Shown: positions 29,236 through 41,300 of the stretch, in pieces
Layout of the letters: the number at the start of each line of letters is the position of its first letter
How positions within the stretch are numbered: the first letter of the stretch is position 1
Assembly (NCBI GenBank): GCA_951406725.2
Contig: OX597816.1
Span: 79,298,001 to 79,362,000 of the forward strand
Direction of reading: 5' to 3'
Source of the DNA: Octopus vulgaris
Lineage: Eukaryota
DNA length: 64,000 nt
The notes under the pieces: model-generated
What the model was told of the DNA's origin: nothing
The model's database searches: none
The model's input: the letters and a program-made list of their open reading frames with translations, nothing else
Made by a program: the position numbers and the translations under genes

Positions 29236-32200
29236 TTAACATCTAATTTTTTCTACTGGCATAGGTTGGATGGTTTGACAGGAGCTGGTAAGTCAGAAGA
29301 CAGTGCCAAGCTCTGTCTAATTTAACATGGCCTCTGTTGCTGGATGTCTCTGTTGCTGAATATACGGGGTGCATTTTATGTGGTACCAACAGCAGTGAGG
29401 TCACCAAATAACTTATAAGACAAAACCCTACAAATGAGAGGAGAATAGTATCGAAGGAGGTGGCTTTGTGCCAGGAGATGAAAGTATGAACAAGAGGACA
29501 GAAATAGGTGTCTTGCAGTCAAGGAGATACATGGCTACATCAGTAGAACCAGCAGGAGAGAGATAGAGGAAAAAGTAGATGGTGCAGGTGTAATGCAGGG
29601 TGGGGTTGAACTCTCAAGTTACTAGAAGGTAAAGTGAAACTTAGGTTTACTGACATGCATATACACTGAACTCCAAAAGAAACACAAGACGTGAAATATG
29701 TTTTAATTTCATTATGTCAGAGATAAATTTTGATAAATCTGATAAAGTCACTTTCTTGGATGTACTTTGAACACAGTCTAAGGGTCGTTGTCATGTGTTC
29801 TTGTAGTGGGTGGATCCAGCACATTGAGATTGTAGGGCGTCACATGTTCATTACTATGTATGCCCTCCCTGGCTGTTCAAAATGGCCATATACCATTAAT
29901 CAGCAAACAGGGAATCTCAATTTTGCAGCAGGTAATACTGGAAATGGATACTTTGTGTGAATATTTCTTGATGAGTATTCAACAAGCCAAGCCTAATAGA
30001 GTGTTTAAGTATTCTGGCTTGCTTAGCTATACAGAGCATACAGTGCCCACTCCTGTTGATGTAGAGATCTGGCAGTTCTAAGATCTTCCACTTGATATTA
30101 TATGGGGTACCTTGATCTTTGAGGTGACACACTTGGCTAGAGATGTGAGGAAGTATCTTTCTGTGACCCTGAAGGATGACTGGTGGTTGTACAAGCATCC
30201 CTTCAAAGCTGCACTGGTTGATCTTATGTATTTACAGGCTTAGGTGTTGGCTGTGTTCACATTACCGGTGCATCTCTGGTTGGCTCTGGCCTTGGGGATG
30301 TTGTTGTCATTGGATGGGCCAGCATGGCTTTCAGGCCCTAGGAAACACTTAAGAGTCCTCTCCAACTTGTGTCATCTTATATATCATTATTTTAAACAAT
30401 ATAGAATATGTTGTATAATTTTCCTACTTAAAATTGTCTGAGTTACATTATATAATTGAAACACAACAGTAGCTTGAAACACAACTGAAGAAACTACAAT
30501 TAAAAATCTACTTTCAGTTCTCTATTAATTTTATTCATATTTCATATGTGTGATCTTGTTCTTATGTTAGAAATCCATTTTACAAGAGTCATGTTTTTCT
30601 CTGCATCATTCATCCCCTCATCAACTCACCATACATTATCCTCAGAAAAGATAATTTTAAAGAAATTTACATGGAGAAATGAAATAAAGAAAAACAATCA
30701 ATTTACTTATTTTATTCATTGAATTCATATATGCAATTTAAAGAAAAATAAGTTTTTTGGTCAAACTTTATTTTTCCTCACAAACCACTGGAAAAAACTA
30801 ACCATGACCACTCTCAAATACCACATTAGGCTGTGTGATCAAACGAAAAATGATAAAGATGTAGAGACTGGAAGAAGAAAGAGAAATGTAATGCAATTAG
30901 AAACCAATTTACTAAAATTTTTTGTTTGTAAAACAGTTAATTTTTCTGTACCCTATTTCAAATTATTGAATGTACTCATTTTATCATTAAGATGGGTAAG
31001 CTATTTTATGAAAATCTTCAGTCAATAAAACAGTCAATATTTGTTGTTATAAGCAACTGTGAAATTAGAAAAAGAAGGTATGGAAATATTCCTAGTCATG
31101 AATAAAAATAATTCATTAAAATTTATCCTTTATGGTTTTGAGTATGTATGAGGAAGATTTAGTGAAGATAGTGCATGGAAATGTTATGTTGATATTGTGG
31201 ACAAAATAATTTTAAAAAAAATTCTTTGTCATTCCTCGTTTGCTGCAAATGATACTAACATATGCAATTCATCATCATCACCATCGTCATTGTTTAATGT
31301 CTGCTTTCCATGCTGGCATGGGTTGGACGGTTTGGCTGAGGACAGTCAAGCCAATAGGCTGCACCAGGCTCCAATCTGATCTGACGAGGTTTCTACAGCT
31401 GGATGCCGTTCTTAACACCAACCCCTCCGAGAGTGCAATGGGTACTTTTTACATGCCATTGGCATGGGAGCCAGTCAGCAGGCACTAGCATCGACCACAT
31501 TTGGATGGTGTATTTTACATGCCACCAGCATGGGAGCCAGTCAGGGGGCATTGGCATTGACTATGTTTGCATGGCGCTTTTTATGTTCCACTGGCACAGG
31601 AGCCAGTCAGGTGGCACTAGTATTAACCCATGTCTGAATAGTGCTAATTACATGCCACCAGCACAGGTGCCAGTCAGGTGGCACTAGCCAATACATGTAT
31701 TTAAAAATAGGAAAGTTTCATATAGTTACTCTAGCTGCAGGACAAGTGGCTGAGCACTCCACAGATGTGTACTCTGCATGACACAGAATGTGACAAGGCC
31801 AGCCCTTTCAATTACAGGTACAACTCATTTTTGCCAGCTGGATGAACTGGAGCAATGTAAAATAAAGTGTCTCACTCAAGAATACAATGCACCACCAAGA
31901 AAATTGAACTCATGACTTTATTTCATGAGCCAATTACCCTAACCATTAAGTCACAGACCTTCTACCTACTAGAAACAGCTGCCAATTCTCCTGAAAATCA
32001 TTTAGAAAGACCATCTCTATGATATAAATATAGCCTTGACTTAGAACATTGTTTTTAGAAAAGTTATTTATGGAAAAGTCAATTCAAGTTATTTTGTATA
32101 ATATGGAATAAAATATGTTGTAGAATGTGAAATAAATTATCTTTAAAATAAAAGTTTCAGTTATATAATATTTAAAAAAATTACTTTGCAAAGACAAATG

Positions 32201-32829
32201 AAATTTCAATAATTCCAGTTAAACAGTATCTAATGTGGAATCTATTTTTATGAAAATGAAAATAAAGGTAAAGTTAATGAGTTGCAAATTCTGGAAATTG
32301 TAGTCGATCAACATCAATGGAAATTGTAGCTGTGATACTAGTACTGGTGGCACGTAAGAGAACCATCCGAACGTGGCCATTGCCAGCGCTGCCCCGACTG
32401 GCTTCCTGCCGGTGGCACATAAAAAGCACCATCCAATCGTGGCCGTTTGCCAGCCTCGTCTGGCACCTGTGCAGGTGGCACGTAAAGAGCACCCACTACA
32501 CTCACGGAGTGGTTGGCATTAGAAAGGGCATCCAGCTGTAGAAACACTGCCAGATCAGACTGGGCCTGGCGCAGCCTTCTGGCTTCCCAGACCCCAGTTG
32601 AACCGTCCAACCCATGCTAGCATGGAAAATGGACGTTAAACGATGATGATGATGATGATGATATAATAAATATAGGTGCAGGAGTGGCTGTGTGGTAAGT
32701 AGCTTGTTCTCGGTTAAGTCCCACTGCATGGCACCTTGGGCAAGTATCTTCTACTATAGCCTTAGGCTGACAAAAACCTTGTGAGAGGATTTGATATACG
32801 GAAACTGAAAGAAGCCCGTCATACATATG

Positions 32830-32862
<33 letters not shown>

Positions 32863-33723
32863 CTGTGTTTGTCCCCCCCCAACATCACTTGACAGTCGGT
32901 GCTGGTGTGTTTACATCCCTGTAACTTAGTGGTTCAGCATAAAAGACCAATAGAATAAGTACTAGGCTTACAAAGAATAAGTCCTGGGGTCGATTTGCCT
33001 GACTAAAGGTGGTGCTCCAGCATGGCTGCAGTCAAATGACTGAAACAAGTAAAAGACAGAGTAGGATTTTAAATGGGCATACAAGCAGCAAAATCAGTAC
33101 AGCAAAAGATTAACACTCTTATAGTGTTTATTTACATCTCTCTTCATTTCAGTTCAAATTACATCTAGTAAAAAAATCATATTTCCTCTCTCTGGTGTCA
33201 AGAAAAAGAGTACCATTCTAACATTTAAATTTGTAACCTACCAATGATGTTTACATTATTTACATTTGACGGATATTTGTCTTCATCTTGTTTGTTGTTA
33301 ACACAACGTTTTGGCTGATATACCCTACAGCTTTCATCATACGAATGTTATTGTTATTGTTTTATATTTTAGCTGGGATCGCAAATCATGTATGCACGTT
33401 TAATAATCCACTGCTCTGTCAATATGAAATTAGTTGTATGAACCCTCAGGAATATATATGGAGGACGGGGAAGGGAGCAACTCCATCAAGTGAAACTGGG
33501 CCTAGCACTGATTATTCAAAAAAAACCAATGGTAAGTTTAATTTATTTTGTTTTACTTTGCACACTTTGCACACTTTGTGCGTGTGTGTGTGTGTATGTG
33601 TGTATGCATGTATGTATATGGATACGGGAACTGGCACTGAAAGTAGGGCTGGTACAGAAACAATTGTAAATGCTCATTAAAGATGTGTTAAAGTCTTTCT
33701 TTGTTTTCTTTTTGGGATTATAC

Positions 33724-33755
<32 letters not shown>

Positions 33756-35970
33756 GTGAGCTCGAATCCCGGACCGGGCTGCGTGTTGTGTTCTTGAGCA
33801 AAACACTTTATTTCACGTTGCTCCAGTTCACTCAGCTGTAGAAATGAGTTGCGACGTCACTGGTTCCAAGCTGTATCGACCTTTGTCTTTCCCTTGGATA
33901 ACACTGGTGGCGTGGAGAGGGAGGCCGGTATGCATGGGCGACTGCTGGTCTCCCATAAACAACCTTGCCCGGACTTGTGTCTAGGAGGGTAACTTTCTAG
34001 GTGCAATCCCATGGTCATTCATGACCGAAGGGGGTCTTTACCCTTTTACCCTTTATATATATGTATATATATGTATATATATGTATATATATATATATAT
34101 GTATATATATGTATACATTTATATGTATATATGTATATATATATGTGTTACAAAATATAAAGTTATATCTTGAGATTGTTAGTGACAACAACGCTCAAGA
34201 TTATATAACAGACTGGAATAGTAGTGCCCAAACGAGCAGTATACACTTTTTTTTTAATCCGAGGGGAGGCAATGCGAGAAGCAACTAAAGGAACATTACA
34301 AAATCCACAGAAAGATCAAACACATACATATATTAATATATTCATTTATATCTACAGAACAGATATATAGCCTGACGTTTAAAAATTAAAAAATTTAGTA
34401 ATATATAAATATATCATATAAAAATATATAAATATACAAGAGAATCAAAGTTGTATATATAACACCTTGAATTTACGCTTAAACTCATAAAACATTTAGT
34501 ATAAATTCGTTACAATAAAAAATTTGGGGCAATAAAACACAATGACATAATAAAAGACGAATTAAAATTCCAGAAAAATCTACATAGAAGATAAATATAC
34601 AAGTTTATAAAAATACATAAAAGTCTATCTATGGGCCGTTTCAGAGAAGCATATCATATATTTAAAATTGACACTCCCCTCGTTAGGATGTTCTATATGC
34701 ACAACACATAGTATATGGGAACAAATGCACAATTACATACCGGCTATATTCAAAATCGAGACATTACATACTCCCCAAAATTCTCATCGATACTGAATGC
34801 TACTTTATAAGCATATAATTCAATCCAGCAGCCATAGTAAATGGTATGCGCACAGCTCCATCTGGACTATTTCACTTCTACACTTAATTTATTTTAATCT
34901 TATAACTTCTCCTGTTAGCATTCAGTATCGATGAGAATGTTTATTTTTATTTTATATAATTAATTTTCCATTTCCCTTTGATATGTTGAAATATATATAT
35001 ATATATATATATATATAATGCCAGCTGAAATAGCTCAGCTGGGAGAGAATTAGACTGAAGATCTAAAGGTCCCTGGTTTAAACCCAGGTTTTACCATCCA
35101 ATGTTTGGCACATGGCTTTTGGTGTTAGGAAGTACATCCAGCTGTAGAAACCATGCCAAATCAGATGAGTATGGTGTAGCCCTTGAGCTTACTAGCCCTG
35201 GTCAAATCATCCAACCCAAGCCAACATGGACCACAGACTTTAAATGATGGTGGTCATGATGAGGATGATGATGCTGATGATGATGATATATATGCTTCTT
35301 TATTACCCACAAGGGGCTAAACATAGAGGGGACAAACAAGGACAGACAAATGAATTAAGTCAATTACATAGACCCCAGTGAGTAACTGGTACTTAATTTA
35401 TCGACCCCGAAAGGATGAAAAGCAAAGTAGGCCTCGGCGTAATTTGAACACAGAATGTAACGGCAGATGAAATATGGCTACGCATTGCGCCCGGCATGCT
35501 AATGGTTCTGCCAGCTCGCCGCCTTTTGATGATGATAAATACTCACATAGATGATGGCATCTCCCATCATAGACAACATATCACTGTTCAGTTTTTATTG
35601 AACAGCCTGGTTGGAGTTACATATATCATTTAATAATTATTTCATTCAGCTCCACGTAATTTGAAGTTTTATGGGCTTGTATCACAACCCTAGCTCTTCA
35701 GGTTTACATAAACAAATGAAGGAAGTTCAAAGGGGCTACTGGAGAGTGCGTTGCTATTGGGCAATATGATCTTGTTGATATAGGTAATGATATGGTTGTA
35801 ACATCAGATAGAAATTTCAATCTGCATTTCTAGAACTGCATGGTTGGAAAGAATGTTGGTTGTGCTTTGCTGTCTAGGGAATGGAGTGAGAATTACTACT
35901 GACATTAGTTGCCAGTATGCATCTGTGTGTGGTTATAACTACTGCATGAGTACCTGAATGTGTTTATCTG

Positions 35971-36009
<39 letters not shown>

Positions 36010-38316
36010 CAGACAACCCAAATATACCACCTTAGGTCTGGTTGCCTCATAAGCAAGGGCAGGGTACATAACTTCTGCTGGTTGCATGGACCATATACTA
36101 ATCCATCCAGACCTTTTAGCCTTGTGTATCTTCTGTAATTTTTGATTATTGTATTTATATATGTATATGTATATGTATATATGCTCTTTTCTTTCTTTCT
36201 TTCTTCCCCTAGCACTGCTAAACCCTAATCCAACAACAAACCTCTATACCCACCCATCCAATGATGCTGTTGCTACTAGTGGGCACCAAACACAACACAC
36301 CAGCACATCAGTATGCATATACCCACACACTAGTCCCTGAATGCACTCCACATATGTTCTCATGCACATATAAATACAAGAAGTACACACATACACACAC
36401 ACCAGGTGTAAACATACATGCACCCATTCATGCACGTACACACATGAATACATACACAAATACAGAGATACACATATACCAAACGTATTCATATATATAC
36501 TGATTCAAACGTGCATGCCAAATATACACACAGCAGATACTAAAGCACATGTATGTGCACATACACATACATATACACAGTGGACACTAACGTACACATA
36601 AATTGACATGCATGCACATGTACACACCTGATACACACACATACCCACGTGTATGTACACATCTAATATACACACTGAAGTACACATAAATATGCTCCAT
36701 CAAACCAATTCTATCAGCTAACACTTACAGTAAACACACACACACAGCAGACACATATGCACACACACCAGATATGAATGCTCATGCATTCATGAATGCA
36801 TGAGCATTCATGTAACAGTTAAACCCACGCACACATGCATATTGGCAACTGGTGTTAGTAGCAATTTTCTTTCCATTTTCTTGTCTGTGAGGCACCACCA
36901 ACATTCTCTCCAACTGCACAGTCCTAGAAATATAAACTGGGATTTCTATCTGATGTTGTTACTATAACACTACCGATATCAGCAACACCATGTTGACCTG
37001 CCTCAACAAATGGCAATACAATCTCCAGTAGCCTTCTTGAACTTCCTTCATTAATTTACATAAGCCTGAAGAGATTTACAAGCCCACACAACTTTAAATT
37101 GCATGGATACAAATTAAACTGTTATTAAATATATATCATCATCATCGTCGTCGTCGTCATCGTTTAATGTCCACTATCCATGCTGGCATGGGTTGGATGG
37201 TTTCACTGAGGACTGGCAAGCTAGGAGGCTACACCAGGCCCCAATCTGATTTAGCAAGGTTTCTACAGCTGGATGCCCCTTCCTAATGCCAGCCACTCTG
37301 AGAGTGTAGTGGGTGCCTTTCATGTGTCACCAGCATGGGGGCCAATCAGGCGGTACTGGCATCAACTACACTCGAATGGTGCTTTTTGTGCCACCAGCAC
37401 TGGCATTGGTCATGTTTGAATGGTACTTTTTACATGTCACTGGCATGGGTGCCAGTCAGGCAGTACTGTTATTGGCCATGATAACAATTTTTTACATGAC
37501 TCAATAGGTTTTCTCAAGCCCAGCACATTGCCCAACGATTGAAGGGAACTCTTAAATAGGCCGGTTATGCAACACTGGCATAGGCCATAGCAATGATCTC
37601 ACTTATTTTGCTGGGTCTTCTCGTGTACATCATATCTCCAAAGGTCTCGGTCGCTAATCATTGCCTCAATGAGGCCCACCATTCAAAGGTCATGCTTCAC
37701 CACCTCATCCCAGGTCTTCCTTAATTTACCTCTTCCGCAGTTAGAGATCAGCACTTCTTTACAAAGCTGTCCTCATTCATACATAACACATAACCAGTGC
37801 AGTTGTCTCTCTTGTACACCACACCTGATGCTTCTTAATATATATTTTTATATGCAGTGTAAATATGAGGGTAAAAAATTAAAATAATAATTTATTACTA
37901 GTGCTTCGCATGTGTAATAAAAATCATAAGACATCACATATTTTTATATATAGGTGTGTACAAAGATTTTCACACAAGAGAAGACCCCTAACAGAACTTC
38001 TTACTTGCTAAGAAAGGCAATTAAACCCAAACTCCGAAAAAAGAGTTCTTAAGGCATGCTGTTAATGGCATTAGAGTGAACAAAATAAAAAATTAGTTAA
38101 TCCTATACTCAAGTTTTGAATTATATTAATAGTGAAACTTGAGTATAGGATTAACTAATTTTTTAATTTGGTTCACTCTAGTGCCATTAACAGTGTGCCT
38201 TAAGAATTCTTTTTTCATGGTTTGGGTTTAAATGCCCTTTTTAGCATGTAAGAAGTCCTGTCAAGGGTCTTCTCTCTGTATATAAATCTTTATACACTCA
38301 TATATATATATGTGTG

Positions 38317-38390
<74 letters not shown>

Positions 38391-41300
38391 ATGGACTTTG
38401 TACTGCTTCCATCTACCAAATTTAGTCTCAAGTTATTGTAGCAGGACTATAGAAAAAGATATATGTTATGCTGAATGTTTTGGGGATCAATTTTATTGAA
38501 TCAGAGTTCAGTCAAACTGCAAAGTGAATTTCATAATTACACTGCCATGTCTACACCAATTATCTTATATCCTTTAGTTTTATTCATTTTTGAAAACTTA
38601 TTGAAAGTTAAATGGTGTCTTATTGAAAGTTAAGTGATAAAATTTTAATATATTACAAGTGAGTAAAGTGCTGAGTTGGCAGAATAATTAGCATACTGGG
38701 CAAATTGCATAGTGGCATTTTGTCCGACTACATTCAAATTTTGCTGAGACTGACTTTGCTTTTCATGCTTCCAGAGTTGATAAAATAAGCACCAGTCAAG
38801 CACTGGATTTGATGTAATTGACTTACCCCAAATTGCTAGCCTTGTGCTAAATTTAAAACCGATATATTACAACTGAGTTAACATTTATATTAACTTAAAA
38901 TAATCCTATTAAATATCAAATTTTTCTTCATAAAAATTGATCAGTAATTTTAATATCCAATTACACTGTCTAAATTTTAACAAACTACTGATAAATTAAT
39001 GTTTTCACTTGTTTGCAGGATACTATATGTATGCAGATGCTTCTTATGGAAAGCCTAATGCTAGAGCAGAACTGAAATTTCTAGTTTCTAATGTCAAAGG
39101 GAAAAATCTGAAGTTTGTATACAACATGTTTGGAAGTGAAATTGGTCAGCTATATGTCATATTTAACACTAGTAAATCATTAGCTAAACTATCTTCAAGC
39201 AAAGAAATAGTTTGGACAATGAAAGGAAATAAAGGAAAATATTGGCACAAAGCATGTGTACCTATTACAAATGACATAAGTGAAATCATATTTGTAGCTG
39301 TAAGAGGATCTTCATACAAAGGAGACATTGCAATAGACAATGTGGTAATTGAAGAAAAAGGATGCCCTGGTAATGTTTTAAAATTTTATTTTTCATATGT
39401 AAAATGGTTTGCTAAATTGACAGGGCTTGTTTATATATGATGAGAGTAACTATTATTGACTTGATCGCTGGGTAGATATAAATGAAGAGGTATTGCACTA
39501 GCCTAAACAGTTAATTTCATTATTTTACCCTCTAGAACAAATTCTATCAACATTGAAAAGACTGGGGTTTATAAGTACAATTGATTACACTGCCCATTCA
39601 GTATTAGTAAAAAAGCATTGTTGAATTGATATTTTGGTAGAATTTGCCACTGAATTATAATATATCAAAATATCTGTACTATGAATCCGTAACTAGCTTG
39701 GCAACTCAAATAGTTAAACAGAGAGTAGAGTGCTAGGAGAAAATCATGAAAAATCCAAAATAAATCTACTCTCTTTCAATGAATTTTTTCCCAACTTAGA
39801 AAAACCTTTGCATATCTCTTAAAGGAACTTTTTATTCTTTCTTCAAAGCAGAATCTCACTTTATAAACCAAACTTGGCATAGTTGTTTGTCAATTCCAGC
39901 ATGAAATGCTTAGAAATTCAAAGTTTTGCATGTATATTAAAGAGTCTAAAGGTTTTTCCTTCATAAAGGAAACCAATTCAACAATGAGTAGCTATTTGTA
40001 CTTTACAAAGTGTAAATGTAGTATCTGCAAAGTACTGCTCCCATCTCTAGAGTATTATATTCATTCATTGACACTGTTCAGACACTAGTCAATCTTCTGT
40101 TAGTTATACAGTAATAGCAAAATATTGAAAACCTGCATTAGAAATAAAGATTTTGAGTTCAAACCCAGCCTAGGGGAATGAATATATGTAGGAATGGGGC
40201 ACAAAAAAAATAGCGATTTCTTTGATCAAGTTTTTATGTAAACACAAAATTTGAGCACTGAAGTTAATAGTTTGGTCATTTTTAATTGTTATGCTACACT
40301 AAATTCAACAACTGTAAAACTGTCAGATAATACAGGATCTCTTCTCTTCTAATAACTTTATTGAGTAAACTGTTCGGAATTACATCATAAAATACACATT
40401 TTAGCCACATAAATGGTACGATGAAAACATTCAGTAAAATAATTAGTTTGTTTTTTTTTTACCAATAAATGAAATAAAAAAATCTAGCTGAAAACTACTG
40501 GTTGAATAAATAAAGTTCATGGTTTGTATCTGTTCATAGGTATTGTGCAGTGATCATGAAAATAATTAACTGCAAAATCAGCCATTTTATCACATTTTAA
40601 AGAAGTCCCCTGAGTGGTACAACTCATTGTTGTATATTTGAAAATTCTTTTATAACACAAATATTTAAGTAGTTTGCAGTACTAAGTTTGATTTTAAATT
40701 TATCTATTGATATAGCTTTGTATGAAGAAATTCTACCGACAACATTGCTCAATTCAAATCATTCCATAAGATGACTTGTATGAAATGTCCTACATGAAGT
40801 AGAAATCTTTATTTAAGGCCCTCAAATAATCCAATGGATGATGAGATTCCCAGATATCTAGCTTTCAATGTAACTAGCTATGGTGCATTAAATATCTGGG
40901 ATTACATCATACATTGCAAGTTTTAGCCATGTAAGTAGGCATGGAACCTAAGGTGGAGGAGGCATGAAAGTTACTAGGATCATACTCTTCATCCTAATGA
41001 AGATACCAAGGTCAGAAAAATGAAATAACAACAATCAAAACTGAAATAAACAGGGATCCCAACAGAAAAGTGTTAAGAATTTAATCTCACTTATCTTAGA
41101 GGGATAGCAAAGATGATGGCAACATCCTTTTCTTCCTGACTAAGCTATAACTGTCTCTCCACGCACCCCAACATATATGTACACGTACCAGACAGCAAAA
41201 AACAGCTTACCCCTTTACTTAATTTCATTAATTGATATAAAAAATTTTTATTTCAGTATGTTAATATACATGATGCATACTTTAAGAAAAAAATCTAAAA

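Noticed and set aside
35024-35096. Functional tRNA-Phe gene
   Set aside because: T-loop, D-stem and acceptor-stem lesions; no Pol III terminator directly downstream; fused to a LINE tail.
36218-36250. ctaaaccctaatcc telomere-like motif
   Set aside because: Only one or two degenerate units.
39370-39440. Frame staying open past the exon 10 donor (similar read-through at 33532 and upstream of 44453)
   Set aside because: Short open extensions are expected by chance; no evidence for intron-retention isoforms from sequence alone.
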